The position numbers were made by a program, and so were the translations under genes. DNA of 64,000 nt, taken from the NCBI GenBank assembly GCA_002189035.1, contig NEEC01000016.1, positions 310,001 through 374,000 of the forward strand, read 5' to 3'. The notes beneath the pieces are model-generated. The model saw nothing but the letters and a program-made list of their open reading frames with translations. It did not search any database and was not told the origin of the DNA. The stretch's first letter is position 1. Every line of letters starts with the position of its first letter. Of this stretch, positions 1 through 13,413 are shown piece by piece. This DNA comes from Utricularia gibba. Its lineage: Eukaryota > Plantae > Magnoliophyta.

Positions 1-919
1 AAGAATATTCACCCATCCCATGTGGCGCGGCCAGCGACCTGCTCTACGGGATCGGATCGAGAGATGGGTTGATGGATTGGATGATGCCTTTTCTCTCGCT
101 CCCCCTCCTGTGGAAGCAACCGCCAATGAGAAAAATGTTTCCGATCTCGACTCCTTTTTTATGAGAAGAGTTCTTTTTCCAATTTATCGAAGGACCTGGA
201 AATTGGCGGCGGCGAGAGAGAGGCCATCCCATTACGTTGCCTTGATCCAATCATTCTATTTCTATACAACCGGTAGAACGCCGGTTTCCGGTAGTGGGCT
301 AAGTGTTGGGTAAAAGCCCAGTTCCCAAACTCATCTTCATCCCCGGTCCATGCCAAAGCTACGTCGTTCAATCTATCTAACCCAGTGATTTGACGCCATT
401 TGGGCCATGGAATCTGGGCCACTTCTGCTATGTGCTTCGCCGTCTGCGTTTCCTCGTTCTTTTGCGACAGGTTTAGAGTCACGACGACAACCCAGCAGCG
501 ACTTCGCCTTTTTCTGGAGCGCTGCCGGCAAGTTAAAGTCATCACCATCCTCTTTGAATAACCAAATGATTGGGGGAGAATGGCTTGTCCGGAAATAGTG
601 AGGCGGTAAGAAAGCACTTTCTTCGCGGTAAACCTTTTTGAAATTTAGTGACTTGGGTCCCGTTGTTGAAATCAGGTGGATTGCTTTACAATTTGCTTGG
701 GTGGTCTTGGATTCTTGAATGTTTTCCAACTGACTACTGAAAAAAAAAATGCTTTTAGTTGAAAATTTTAGTTGCTCCAAGGTTTCCCATTTGTATCAAG
801 AGTTCATTTGTAATGTTTATTGACTTCCCAGCCAACTTGCAGTCTCACTGTGGTTGAAAATGGATATGTTCCTAAAACAGTGTTATTTGTGTGATCATGG
901 ATTGACTAGTTTCCGATTA

Positions 920-3023
920 ATGGTGGATTCACAGTGTTCCCATATTGGCTATTGCAGTGGCTACTCAGCGGCTTCGCAGATTGCTTATTATGCTCGCCTT
1001 GGGGAAATTGGAACCGCACGAAGATTCTTTGATCGCCTCTCCCAAAAAATGTTGAATCTTGGAACTCTTTACTGTCTGGATACTTTCAGAATAGGAAACC
1101 AGATGAAGCTAAGCGCTTATTCGATGAAATGCCGGTAAGAAATACGGTTTCTTGGAATGCACTAGTTTCAGGTACATAAAGAATGGAATGATAAAGAAAG
1201 CTAGGAACGCATTTGATGTGATGCCTGAAAGAAATGTCATATCTTGGACAGCCATGGTTCGAGGCTATGTGGAGGAGGGGATGATTTCGGAGGCACAGGC
1301 ATTGTTTGATGAAATGCCAGAGAAGAATGTGATATCCTGGACTGTAATGTTGGGTGGTCTTATTGATGAAGGCCGGATCAATGATGCCATGCTTCTATAT
1401 GCTGCCATGCCTGTGAGGGATGTTGTTGCAAAAACTAGTATGATATGTGGATTGTGCTCAAAAGGCCGGTTGCAGGAGGCTCGTGAAATTTTTGACAGCA
1501 TGAGAGACAGAAATGTGGTTTGCTGGACTACAATGCTTTCCGGATACACGCAGAACGGGAAGGTGGATATTGCAAGAAAACTCTTCGAGGTGATGCCCGA
1601 AAAAAATGAAGTTTCTTGGACAGCCATGCTAATGGGATACACACAGTGTGGGAGAACTGAAGATGCATGGGAGTTTTTCATGGCAATGCCAATGAAACCA
1701 ATCGTTGCTTGCAATGCAATGGTGATAGGATTTGGTGAGAATGGAGAGGTCTCCAAAGCTAGGGAAGTGTTTGATGCGATGAAAGAAAAGGATGATGGAA
1801 CATGGTGTGCTATGATCAAAGTCTATGAGAGAACAGGCTTCGAGCTTGAGGCGCTTCGCCTTTTTCGTGATATGCAGATGGAAGGGATAAGACCACATTT
1901 CCCTTCACTAATCAGCATCTTGTCAGTTTGTGCTAGTCTTGCTTGCCTTGATCCTGGAAAGCAAGTCCATGCTCAAATGTTACGATCTAACCTCGATGAT
2001 GATGTGTATCTTTCATCAGTTTTGATCACAATGTACATGAGAAGTGGTGAATTCGCCAAGGCAAGAATAATTTTCAGTACATGTTCTCAGAAGGACACTG
2101 TAATGTGGAACACTATGATCACAGGCTATGCTCAGAATGGCCGGGCAGATGAAGCTCTATTAGTTTTTCATGAAATGTCTTCATCTGGCATCCCGCCTGA
2201 TGGTGTCACATTCATTGGAGCTCTCACCGCGTGCAGCTACAGCGGAAAGGTTGATGAAGGGGAGGCAATATTTGGAACCATGAAGTCAAAGTACCGAGTG
2301 GAGCCGACGGTTGAACATTTTGCATGTATGGTTGATCTTCTTGGGCGAGCTGGACGCCTGGATGATGCACTATATTTGATAAACACAATGCCCATCAAGG
2401 CGGATGCCATTATTTGGGGCTCTCTAATGGGGGCATGTAGGAATCACTTGGACCCTGATCTGGCAGAAGTTGCAGCAGACCAACTTGCTCAACTAGAGCC
2501 TCACAATGCTGGTCCCTTGGTCTTGCTATCGAATATATATGCCTGCAAAGGAAGGTGGGGCGATGTTGCCAAGTTAAGGATGAACATGAAACACATGAAG
2601 GTGAACAAATCACCTGGTTGCAGCTGGATTGAAATAGACAAACAAGTACACATGTTCACTGGGGGAGAGACGAAGCCACACCCTGAACATCTAGAGATTG
2701 TCAGAATGTGGGAGAAAATAAGCAGAATGATTAGGGAAGTTGGGTACCAGCCGGATGCATCCTTTGCTCTCCATGATGTTGATGAAGAGGAGAAGATGCA
2801 GAATTTGAGAAACCATAGTGAGAAGCTAGCTGTTATGTACGGTCTCATGAAGCTACCGGGAGGTGTACCAATTCGTGTCATGAAGAACCTGAGAGTGTGT
2901 GGCGACTGCCATTCTGCCATCAAACTGATCTCAAAGGTCACTGACCGTGAAATTATTTTAAGAGATGCAAATCGGTTTCATCATTTCAAGGATGGATCAT
3001 GCTCTTGCAAAGACTACTGGTGA
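920..3023 (+). CDS. PLS-class PPR protein with E/E+ and DYW deaminase domain (organellar RNA editing factor type, similar to recalled At1g09410/At1g56690); intronless, two apparent 1-nt frameshifts near the 5' end
   Basis: ORF 1152..3023 has repeated 'MPERNVISWTAMV' PPR motifs, PG box KSPGCSW, HSEKLA..CGDCH zinc motif and terminal DYW. Upstream frames give AASQIAYYARLGEIG and NVESWNSLLSGY, joined by adding one base at A6 (1044-1049) and one at GG (1171-1172). The start codon at 920 is tentative. Confidence 0.92.
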
Positions 3024-3240
3024 AGGCTCAACACAAACAGACATAAAGACAGCATGGGAAACTGGGCCCTAGATGTTTCAGCATGACAGCTAGGGCAACC
3101 TCATTTGATCCATACAAATCATGTCAATGAGTTTACTGCCATTGCAGGTGCCCCTGCCCCTGCGATGAAGGATTGGATCTGCATTGGTGATCAACTAACT
3201 ACCTTGGTGATGCGTCAAGAGTCAAGTACTCCCTCCTGCT

Positions 3241-3374
3241 TTAGAACATGCTATACTCCGTCGCCTTGGGACGGCCTCCATATACTCTGGATGGGCGGCG
3301 GGGCCGGTGATCTCCCATGGCTTCCTGATGCGTCGCCGGAGAGTCTGGATCAGGGATTTCGCACCCGCCGCCAT
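3241..3374 (-). pseudogene. 5' fragment of a mitochondrial complex I B14.5a-like subunit (recalled At5g08060 family), truncated
   Basis: Minus strand reads MAAGAKSLIQTLRRRIRKPWEITGPAAHPEYMEAVP, then after a 1-nt shift at 3268-3270 KATEYSMF*. This matches the recalled family motif KKPWEITGPCAHPEY..VPKATEY. Similarity stops abruptly and no remaining exon is visible in the window. Confidence 0.65.
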
Positions 3375-4147
3375 CGCAAGAACGAAGGCGCGCTCCGACG
3401 ATCTCTTCTGTCCAATAAAGCGCGCTTACGTATCTGATCCGTTTTTTATTTAATCTTTTATATAATGATTTGAACAGTAAAATATTACAAAAAAACAAAT
3501 AATGATTAAATAAACAAATCATTTAGAGATATTTAATATAAAAAACTTTGTAGATAACATTTGGTATTATTAATTCAATTTTTATAATTTTGTGTGTTAA
3601 ATATTATTTTTATTAAAAATTAATTTCCGTACGAGACAAATAACTGAATTCGTTCAATGAATCATGGATCTCCCACGTGTTTGTAATTTCTATCAGGGGG
3701 CCCACATCCACGTGGCTTTTTGAAAATAAAATAGAATAGAATATTGCAAGAGGAGGGGAAGCTCAGCCTTCGCGCTGACACGTGTCCCTCCAAGTCCTCC
3801 TCTATCCAACACGTTTAATCATAACGACCCAGTTGCGTATTCTTTTCAGGGCATTTTCGTCTTTTTGCATACTCCCGGTTCTCTCCCTTTTCTTTTTTCT
3901 CTGCAGCGTTCTCATGGCTTCCCAAGTCTCCGTTCCCCGGATGAGAGAGCGATTCGGATTTCAGTTTGTGGAGGTTGATATTTGGTGACTGGGTTCAGTG
4001 GGAAGGTGGATTTCGGAGAATGGATTTGGAAGAGCTTTCGGTGTTTTTTTGTTGATGCTTTGGAAAAGTGAGCGCTGGATTGGATTTTGGTTGCAGCTGT
4101 AAGTTTCTTGGAATGGGTTTAACGGGAATTTGATTGTAGTTTGTTGG

Positions 4148-5038
4148 ATGATGATGGGGGGTGACGAGAAATTCCATCTCTCGCTTCCTCTTGATGGATT
4201 TTCGAGAGATCTGTTGCAGAATGCTTGCTCAAAGGGAGTCAAACGCGCAGTTGTTGAGGGAGAAGATGAGATCGAGTTAAGTTTGGGGCTTTCACTGAAC
4301 GGTAGATTTGGGGTAGACCCGGCAAGTAAGAATTTCAAACGCTCATCTTCTATAGCGAACTTGGTTTTCACTGTGGAGGGGAGCAGCAGCAGCGCTGCCC
4401 AGTTGGTGAATGAGTCGGAGTTAGTGAGGGCAAGATCGTTGCCCACGGCAGCGGAGGAGGAGTGGCGCCGCCGCAAGGAGTGGCACACGATGAGGAGATT
4501 GGAAGCCCGGAAAAAGAGAATGGAGAAGCTGAAGAATGTCAGCGTAATGAAAGATAACGCTAATGGGAATGGGTTCCATGATTCGGTGCTTGAATCTGGC
4601 AGCTTTCCGATGGTACCTTCTAGTGATCGCTCATCTGGAGCATCTGATCTTCCTTTAAATGGTATCAGATCTTGAACCCAAACAATTCAGCTTCCACTAC
4701 AAACCAGAAATTGGCAAATTTACTGATATTTCTCTACAGGATCAAAGCAGCAAGATTCTCATCTTCAACAGCAAAAGGGTGGTGACAGAAATGAGATTCT
4801 GGTTACTGAGGAAACCAGTAAATCGTTGAGGGAAATGCCGTACGTGAGTACCAGGGGTGAAGGAGTTAATAAAGTTGAAGGATTCTTGTACACGTACGAG
4901 AAAGGAGAAGAAGTCAGAATCGTCTGCGTTTGCCATGGCCTGTTTCTGTCGCCGGCGGAATTCGTCAAGCACGGCGGCGGAGGCGACGTTGAACACCCCT
5001 TGAAGCATATCGTCGTCAACCCTTTCTCCCTCGTGTAA
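4148..5038 (+). CDS. AFP: NINJA-family / ABI five-binding protein (AFP), 2 exons (4148-4661, 4740-5038)
   Basis: EAR motif ELSLGLSL, B domain [19 protein letters not shown] and C domain [23 protein letters not shown]. The GT-AG intron 4662-4739 keeps the frame. Confidence 0.92.
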
Positions 5039-6044
5039 TTTAATTTCACCCTTGTTTTTTTTTTCAGAGGATTCAGCAGCATTCAGAACACAATGACCCT
5101 TGACAACGAAGAACAGGTCAAAAGTTGTTTCTTTGGTCAAGTGTAACATTTTTTTCCCTATTCGTACAGACCATGTGTTGCTCTTTTGTTGTTTCTACTA
5201 CGAATCTAAAAGCTCTTCCCAGAAACACCTCCTCGGCCAACATGGGAACTAACTGAACCATCATCTTCAAACAGAGTGATGGCACTTTCTCGAGGCTCTT
5301 GTTCTTCTTGAACCTCTCTCCGTTTCTCTTGAGAAGTTGGATGAGCCATCACAGCTTCATATTGCGGTGAGTTAAACCTCGAGACCACGTTAACATGAAG
5401 AGAACATCTTAAACAGGGAATTCACAAGAAGTGGGGCTGGTTCTACTCTCCAAAGAAAGGGGAGCGTGTCTCAAAATGAAGTATGGAGATCACCGGATTC
5501 AACCATCTTCTTGATGCCAACTTGAAACACAGTGTTTGCCCTGCCACGAGGACGCATTGCAGGAGTTAGAAATACTCTCTTCATGTGCCGGAAGTTTACA
5601 TGGCAGTAGGGAGAGCACCCACTCAGTAAAGAGTGAGGATAGGTACAGTCATCACCTCCAACTCTCCCATGTGAATGCTGAACAAAGATTCGTAGCTGTT
5701 GCCGAGAATATGGAGGAACCGCCATGGGAGATCTCACTGATAATACGTTGATGCCCTTATCATGCTCCACTGTGGTGCGTGTGAACTCTCTGGACTCGGC
5801 TGTGGAACTACAGATCCTCCTTTCGGGTGTTCATTGCCATATGTTTCTTATCCACTCATGTAAAACTGGAGCCTTTCAGTCAAATCTCCAGTCTTCCCTC
5901 ACTGCGTTTTCTTGTTGTGAAATTCTGAACCAAAGCGAGACCCACAAAACAAGAGGGTGTCGGCTCTGCGCTATCATCATCATCATCATCACAATCTTAT
6001 CCATTCGCTCTCTTGGTTTCATTCATCTTCTGCAAAGGGTCTCC

Positions 6045-6535
6045 ATGGCAATCGCCGCGAAACTTCTCCAGTTCAGAGGCGAGCTTCCCTTTTCCTTTCC
6101 AACAGCCACAACCCCATTTTCACCTCGATTCCCAATCCCACGGCCCCAATACTCCAATTCAAAAATCGGGAATTCGTCTCCTCTTCCAAAGGTCAGTTAA
6201 GGAAGGAGAAAAACATGGGTTTTCTTACCCTACGCCGTTGATGTAATTGTCAATCGCAGGTTTGCGCTGCGAGGAGGAGAAGAGCGAACACCGAAACGGA
6301 CACATACGTCCTAATGGAGCCCGGTAAAACGGAAGAGGAATTCGTGTCGACGGACGAGCTGAGGATGCGTCTCAAGGAGTGGCTGGAGAATTGGCCGGGA
6401 GAATCTCTGCCGCCGGATTTGGCCGCATTTGATAGCTTAGATGCCGCCGTGGAGCATCTGATGAAGTCTGTGTGTGAACTGGAAGTTGACGGCGATGCCG
6501 GATCTATTCAGTGGTACCAAGTCCGTTTGGAATAG
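6045..6535 (+). CDS. CRR7: CHLORORESPIRATORY REDUCTION 7 (plastid NDH assembly factor), 2 exons (6045-6191, 6260-6535)
   Basis: Transit-peptide-like N-terminus, then [46 protein letters not shown]. The GT-AG intron is in phase. Confidence 0.9.
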
Positions 6536-7061
6536 CCGATCCAACCTCAAAAATTTTTCTTTTTATATTATTATAAATAATATTTTATCAGACAACTAAA
6601 TTAAAATATTATAATTTTACATAATCTAAATCACAACGTTAAATTATAGAACATGTCTATAGTTTTGTCAATTCGAGCCATATGGGTATAGATCTGATTA
6701 AATTATGAGGATTGAATTTTTAAAAAAACAAAAATTTATATAAAAAAATATGTAACATAACTATTTATGAAAATTGAATATTTAAAATGAATAATATCTA
6801 CCAAAAAAACGTAAGTCACAACATAACTAGTTTCGTAATACAAACATGAACACATCGAATACACAATTTCGTATGTACCAGGGAATAGCAAATTTTGGAA
6901 TCAAAAAATTTCAAGGAAGACAATCTCATGGGATACCGCTTGCAATCCAAAGAGCTTCCTGCATACCTGCAAGCTGCGATACCTGGTGAGGAGATGACTG
7001 ATGATCTGATGCACTTCAAATGCCTCTCCGAGGTGGGTGTAAGAAGGATGCAATGCATGGA

Positions 7062-9122
7062 TCATGGCTTTGTGTTGTCTGCTAACATTCTCTGTTTCTG
7101 GTTTCCCTTTTGCCTCAGATAATCAACTCTGATTCCCCATAGCTGCTCTGCAACAGTTTCCATGTTTGGACGATCGTCCCTCGTAGGGGCTGCACATCGG
7201 GCAACCAAACCAAAAGCCTTCAGCAAGACATCCTCATGTACAGTTTCAGTCATCCGAGGATCCAAGATCTCTCCTGTCCTTCCCTCCTTGTGTTTTTTGA
7301 TAGCCTGAGAATCCATGAAGGTGTGCAGTGAGATTGGAACCAGGCAGTTAACTGAGTAGACAAGAATGGCTCCCGAGTGCAGGAGCATACCCATTTGATT
7401 GTTACTCTCTCATCGGATTGTGGCTCCGGCCCCAAATCAATGGGGCGACGGCCAGTCAAGATCTCGAGTAGTAGGATCCCAAAGGAGTAGACATCGCTTT
7501 TGGTTGAGAGCAGGTAAGTCTTCATGTATTCTGGATCAAGGTACCCGATGGTGCCCCTTACTTTGGTGTAGGCATAGGAGTCATCTCCAACCTTTGCAAA
7601 GCCAAAGTCTGCAACTTTGGCTCTCAGTCCATCAGTCAAGAGTACATTTGAAGACTTTATATCCCGGTGAATGATCTGCTTCTCTGTCAACCATAATCTT
7701 GGGTTGCCACAGTAGGAAAAGAACTTGGAAAGTATTATGGTTGAACAGGTTTACCAGCATATGAATGGAGATATGTCAGAGCATGAGCAATGTCGATGGC
7801 AATCTCAAGTCGTTGAGAAAAATCAAGTATTCTAAATTTGAGACCTGCAACAAGAGATCACGGGGAGAGTGTCCAAGTGGAGCTCCAGTCTGCAAGTTTT
7901 GAAAAGACTCACCGTCTAGATGGTCTCTAAGGGTACCATTTGGCACATACTCTGTGATGATTATGTGTTCATCCCCATCTTGGATGTAACCCAGAAGCTT
8001 AACGAGATTGCGATGTTCAGCTTTAGCTAGAAGCTCAACTTCAGTTTTGAATTCAGCTCCAAGGCTTTCTATGTTTTTCTGCGTATTTGCAACATACAGA
8101 AAGGTGTTTATATCAAGTTAAAATTTTCAGCCATTGTAGAGTTTTGTGCTGAAGCATGAAACACGATTGATTCAACACAGAATTTGATAGAAGTAATATC
8201 ACCATCTTGAGAGCATAGCCATCAAAATGGAAGCTTCAAGAAAAGGAGATCATTTCAGTATCAAGTAGAATCTGCATGATGGAAAAATATGTTTTAGAGT
8301 TATCAGATGTAAGTCCTAAAGGAGTTTTTTTGGGGGGAACTTAATTCTGCCAGCAGAAACACAAGTTAGCTTCTCTCCAAGCATCATATGATCACTGGTC
8401 TAAAAGCCTTTCCAGTCTAATGCCAAACATAGATTCCTCTGAGACTGACATGCAGTTTAAGGGGGAAAAATAATTGAGCAAATAGTACGGATTCTTCCTT
8501 GGTGCTGCTGATGTACAGAACAATAAGAAAAAAAAAAAACTGCTGATATCCATTCCATACCTTTTTAAAAGCCCTCTTGACAGCCACAACTCGTCCATCA
8601 GAGAGCACAGCCTTGTAGACATCTCCGAACGCTCCACTGCCTATAAGAAATGATGAAGAGAAGTTTTTTGTTCCCCTGAGGACTTGGTCTAGAGTGAGCT
8701 GAACAGATCCAATCCTACTAATTTTAGGAGACAGAGAAAATCTGGAGGCACTTGGTGGCACCCTGTTTGGACTGGGTGGTATTCCCTGTGAACTTCCAGA
8801 AAACTTCTCAAAAGCAGAAGTCGTTTCCATCGAAGACATGGAATCAACTGCAACATGTCGATGTAGTTAAAAGGGAAAAGGAAGTATAGGAAGAGGACTG
8901 TATAGAGAAATCTTGGAATGCATCCGCAGATATATACTGTATGCAAACAAACATAAGAATGAAATGAAACTGGTAAAAAAGCATGGTATAAACAACAGAA
9001 AGAATGAAATGGATATACACACTTGGATTTGGTCCCTTGGATAAAACATTGTGGTTGCTATCCCTTTTCCTTGCCCCGAAGCATGGACACGCGAAGTCAC
9101 AACATGAGGATGATGAAGCCAT
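7062..9122 (-). CDS. CRCK3: Calmodulin-binding receptor-like cytoplasmic kinase 3-like, 6 coding exons
   Basis: Exons assemble to [67 protein letters not shown] and [11 protein letters not shown], all with GT-AG junctions. The true start is uncertain (see findings). Confidence 0.87.
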
Positions 9123-10492
9123 GGCCTAGACTCAAAAAACAATGACCATATTCATCAACTTCTTTGATTGATGCCTTTTCAGCATCATCATATCCTTCTC
9201 TAGAGCTAGGCTCTTTTGCTTTCCATCCCTTGATGCTTCCGCAAGATTTCAGAGTACAACAAGAGTTCAGAAATCTTTTAATTTTTTTTCTTTTTTGCTG
9301 TCTTCGCATGTGAATCACTTAAAAATACTGCTGAAGGGTAAAAGTTAGATACACATCGAGAACAAAGCTCCATAGCTCGATAATACTACCTAACAAGTGG
9401 AATCTTCAATACCCCCAGAAAACCATAATATCAACAAAACGAGATCACTCAAAATAAGGTTCTGACGTTAAACCGATTGGCAGAACACAAACTGAAATAT
9501 GACTCAATTTGTCGACATGCTCAATCTTGGTATCTGCAGAGTGCAAGCAAAAGCTGTAAGATATTGAGCAAAAACCCACGTCAAGGACTTGATGAAGTAG
9601 TTAACTTGAGGAGATGGCTTCCATATATCTCCAAGAAACACAACAGTGCAAGGAGTCTCGAGCATTGAATTCCAGTCGTGATCAAACAACTAAACTAGGA
9701 CCCAGGCGGCTCCTGATAAGGAAAGCTATGTATGACACCAGCAAAAGCACTAGAAAGTAGAAACTGGGGTAACTTAGAAAATTGTCCACTATCTCACGAA
9801 TGAAGTGGCTGAGTATACGTAAATTTAGACGTGAAGTTGTTGAAGATGATCACAGAAAAGTCGGCTGATCATCCATCGCTTTCCAGTATAGAGGCAAAAT
9901 AGGCCTACCAAGAATGGTTACTTTTCAGATACACAGAACAACTATGAATGACCATTTTTCAAAATCACCCAAGTAAAATCCACCATTCTTAAAATTCTCT
10001 TGCGCTGGGGATTCCGAACCCCTTCCTACTCTGTTCTTCAGGGATGCGATCCATGTGAATTGTCATCAACACCCAAACCAGATTTTTATTTTCGAATAGG
10101 ATCAAAATTTTATTTATCAAAAGTTGTTAATTAAACATTAATTTTTTTAAAAAATGAAATATATAATTAATATAAAATCATTTTAATCACGTGGTATATA
10201 TTCATTTAAATACAATTAATTTAAACACACCAATAATTAAGCTATAAACTAAAAAACATCCTCACAACCTTGTGTGACACGACACATATCAGCCTTGAAT
10301 GCAAATCGATGAACCTCAATTTAATTTATCATACATGAAATCAGTTAACTGATACAAACTTAGTGGAAACAATTGATTACTCGGGTTTCATGGATTTCTG
10401 GGCAGGAGTATGCAAGCCACCAGGTGGAAAAGACCCATAGGATGGTTTTCACAGGTTTTCAAACACATGCGACACCACAAACAAGTATGGTG

Positions 10493-10513
10493 GTAGTAGT
10501 AGTAGTAGTAGTA
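10493..10513. repeat. (GTA)7 microsatellite
   Basis: Read directly from the sequence. Confidence 0.95.
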
Positions 10514-10612
10514 GCAGTACGCACAACTTGGCATATCATTTGCGCAGTTCAGCAGGTCGAGGGTGGGGGGGGCTTATTCTCCAAGAGAGATGGGGTGCAT
10601 GAAGCTTCTTAC

Positions 10613-12786
10613 CTAAAACACATCGGGGTTAAAGCGCCCTGGGAGTGGATCGCTCTGCTGCGCCAATTTTAGGTGCAACGCAAGTTCGTAGTTGCGGATC
10701 TGAAGCACAGCAGAAGAAAGACGGGTCAGTGCAACTGGAGTAGCAAATAATGTGAAGGGAAAAAAAAATGTAGGAGTAGAAATGAGAGGGTTGCTCTGAG
10801 AGCTGTGCCTTGTTACATCTGATCCATATCAACCTAAAAAAATGAGCATAACCATCTGGACATAATCGTCAACAGCATCCAACAAACATGCCATATACGC
10901 TCAATAAAAATAATAGAATGGGCCATACACTGAACGAATACTGTTCCCTCGTTCAAATATACAAAGTAACATGGGCAAACATGTTGAAGCACCGGTCAAT
11001 GAATCTCACCTCAAGAGTCCGTATTTGCTCCTGGTACTGAGATGCTAACTGTTTAAGCTGATGAAACTCATGGCCCATGCTCTCAAACTCCTTCTGCCTT
11101 TCAAATTGGATGAAAACACCTTTTTTCAAAATTGCATTTTCTTGAAGGAGTGCTTCCAATTGCTCCTTCAACATTTGGTTCTCCTAAGTGATGGGAGGAC
11201 ATGTCAATTATGCGAAATGGCACAGATGTGAATGAGTAGAATCTTGGTTGTTATAAAACATAAGAGGACACAGTTACTTAGCCATGAGACACAACGATGT
11301 ATGTAAAACAGAAATTCTGCTCGAGTTTTACATTTTCCCTATTATGTAGAGCGCACCTTATGAAAAGTTTTCAGGACCTCTGTTGTAGTAACTGAACGGA
11401 TAGAATTCTCTAATGTCTCAAGTGCCCGTGACAAACGAGCCTTGGCATCCTGCAGATTTGGGGCAGTTATAACTTCCCTAACCATCAGTTCCACCCACTC
11501 TGCGCCATTTACAGGGAGATTGTTTCCTGTGGGAGAATTCTCAACGTGGGAACCTTCACCAACATTTTCCCCTGAAAACTAGCACAGGTATTAGTCCTCA
11601 GGCAACTGAGCATATCCTTGAAAAAAGAAAGGACTCTAATTCACTTGAAATGCAAGGGGCAAAAAATGGTACTACATTCTTGATGTTTAGTATTTCAACA
11701 ACATGGCATGCAGAAATATCCAAATGCATGTAATGAAACTCTCGGCTAGGAGCAGAATTCAGAAATTAGGAAATACAGACAATGATAACGATTAAAGGAG
11801 CTCTCCTTGAGAACACCACAACCATTTAAAACCAGTGCACAAATGCATGTTATGAAACTAGCATCTACAGCCAGCAATGTAAACAAATTTTTGGAAAACT
11901 CTGACCATCTGTTTCTGCAGGCAACCCAGATGCACTCTTGTTAGTTGTCAAGCGAAGCTCGTATAATTTTTGTATGGTGGAATCCAAATTGTTTCCAGAT
12001 TCTTCGAGAATCCTCTCCAAAAACTAGGAAACCGCCAAACCAATAATAAGTTAAATGGTATTAAAAAAGAAAGAATGACAGATTCCCAACATGCAAGAAA
12101 ATATTAGCACAATCCACATTATAGTGTTGGATATCTTTTTATAGTAACGCGTTCCGATGTATCATTTATCTAATATTTAGAACGGGATCACACATAATTC
12201 CACTTAAGAGATGCCGCATAAAACACACATATCTCACATGGCCCAATGCTAAAGCCATTATTTACCAAAATGATGTCAAGACCAACAAGCAGGGGTTCTA
12301 ATTCAAAGAAATCAAGGTTCAATCGGACGATATATGCCCTTCCTGTCCCGGGCAATCAAATTCTGCATAGTTTGAAGGCCACTATGTAGAGGCCCCATAA
12401 CCCTGGGATCTTTGCGCTTGGAATGAAGGCCAGTGAGAAAATTGCGAGGATGTTTTTAATCAATTTACTGCTTCTTAAAATCATTTAAATCGGATGCAAT
12501 TCCGCAGTCCGTAACCTCCGAAAACTCATAAAGTAAACGGGGTTTTTAAGCCAAGGAACACGCGCAATCATGAAGATGCAAAATTTATCAGAAAACCCAC
12601 CTGTTTGTCCATGTCCGGGAAGAGCCAGATCAAATGAGCAAGAAAGTCCGGGACGGAGGCTGCCCTCGGTGGCGAGAAAGATCTACCGGGAGAAGAAGAA
12701 GAACAGCGGTTTCTCTTGGACACAGGCGGCGAAGACGGCGATTCCTCAAAGATACTCGATCTCTTTCCGCACACCACGGCAGACAT
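10613..12786 (-). CDS. Ubiquitin-system CUE-domain protein, 5 exons
   Basis: MSAVVCGKRS..LFPDMDKQ|FLERILEESGNNLDSTIQKL (CUE), GAEWVELMVREV, coiled coil QYQEQIRTLE, last exon IRNYELALHLKLAQQSDPLPGRFNPDVF*. Confidence 0.88.
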
Positions 12787-13413
12787 GTTTCGCTACCACA
12801 AAGCCAAATCCTCCGTCTACTCGGTGTCCGATCCCTCTTCCACCAGTTTTCTCATGCAGATTCTCCACAACTCGAAATCCACCCAAAGATATCAAACCCA
12901 AAACCACAATCAACGATACTCCTCCAGAAGACGTGATCCGATCACACAAACCAATCCCGATCAACACACAAATCAGCCCAGCGCGAGCGATCTCTACGAA
13001 GCTAGGGTTCGGCTGCCCCCTTTCCCCAACGCTGGCACATTTGGCCTCCGTCCAAACACAATCGTGTTACGCAACGAACACACTTTATTTCGTTATCCCA
13101 AATTTAAAAATAATAATACAAATTAATTATATATTTTTCTATCCATTAATAGTATACAATATTTAAAGTCAACGCAGCACCACACCTGGTCACTTATCCC
13201 ACACGATCATTTAGAAATCTGGCCAGAAAAAACTGGCCACACAGGTGACAAATGGATGGAATTTGCAACGCAAAAAATCCACCACAGAAGAAGCTCATGA
13301 AATGCTGTCTACAAGAGTTGGTGACTGAATGTTAGCTTCATGTCTCTTCTCACTCATTTAGATCATCTGTAGAAAGTTTACCTGTGACTGATGCAGATGT
13401 GGCTGGCCGTGGA

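Noticed and set aside
3-10. P1BS-like GAATATTC
   Set aside because: A single 8-bp match with no identifiable target gene is expected by chance.
1-800. ORFs 20..313 (+), 159..617 (-) and 373..780 (-)
   Set aside because: No recognisable family. The region looks like promoter or leader sequence with site II motifs, and any minus-strand gene would continue outside the window.
1265-2941. Long antisense ORFs over the PPR, and similar shadow ORFs over SPX, BOP, APO2 and NEK
   Set aside because: These are reverse-frame shadows of real coding sequence with no independent motifs.
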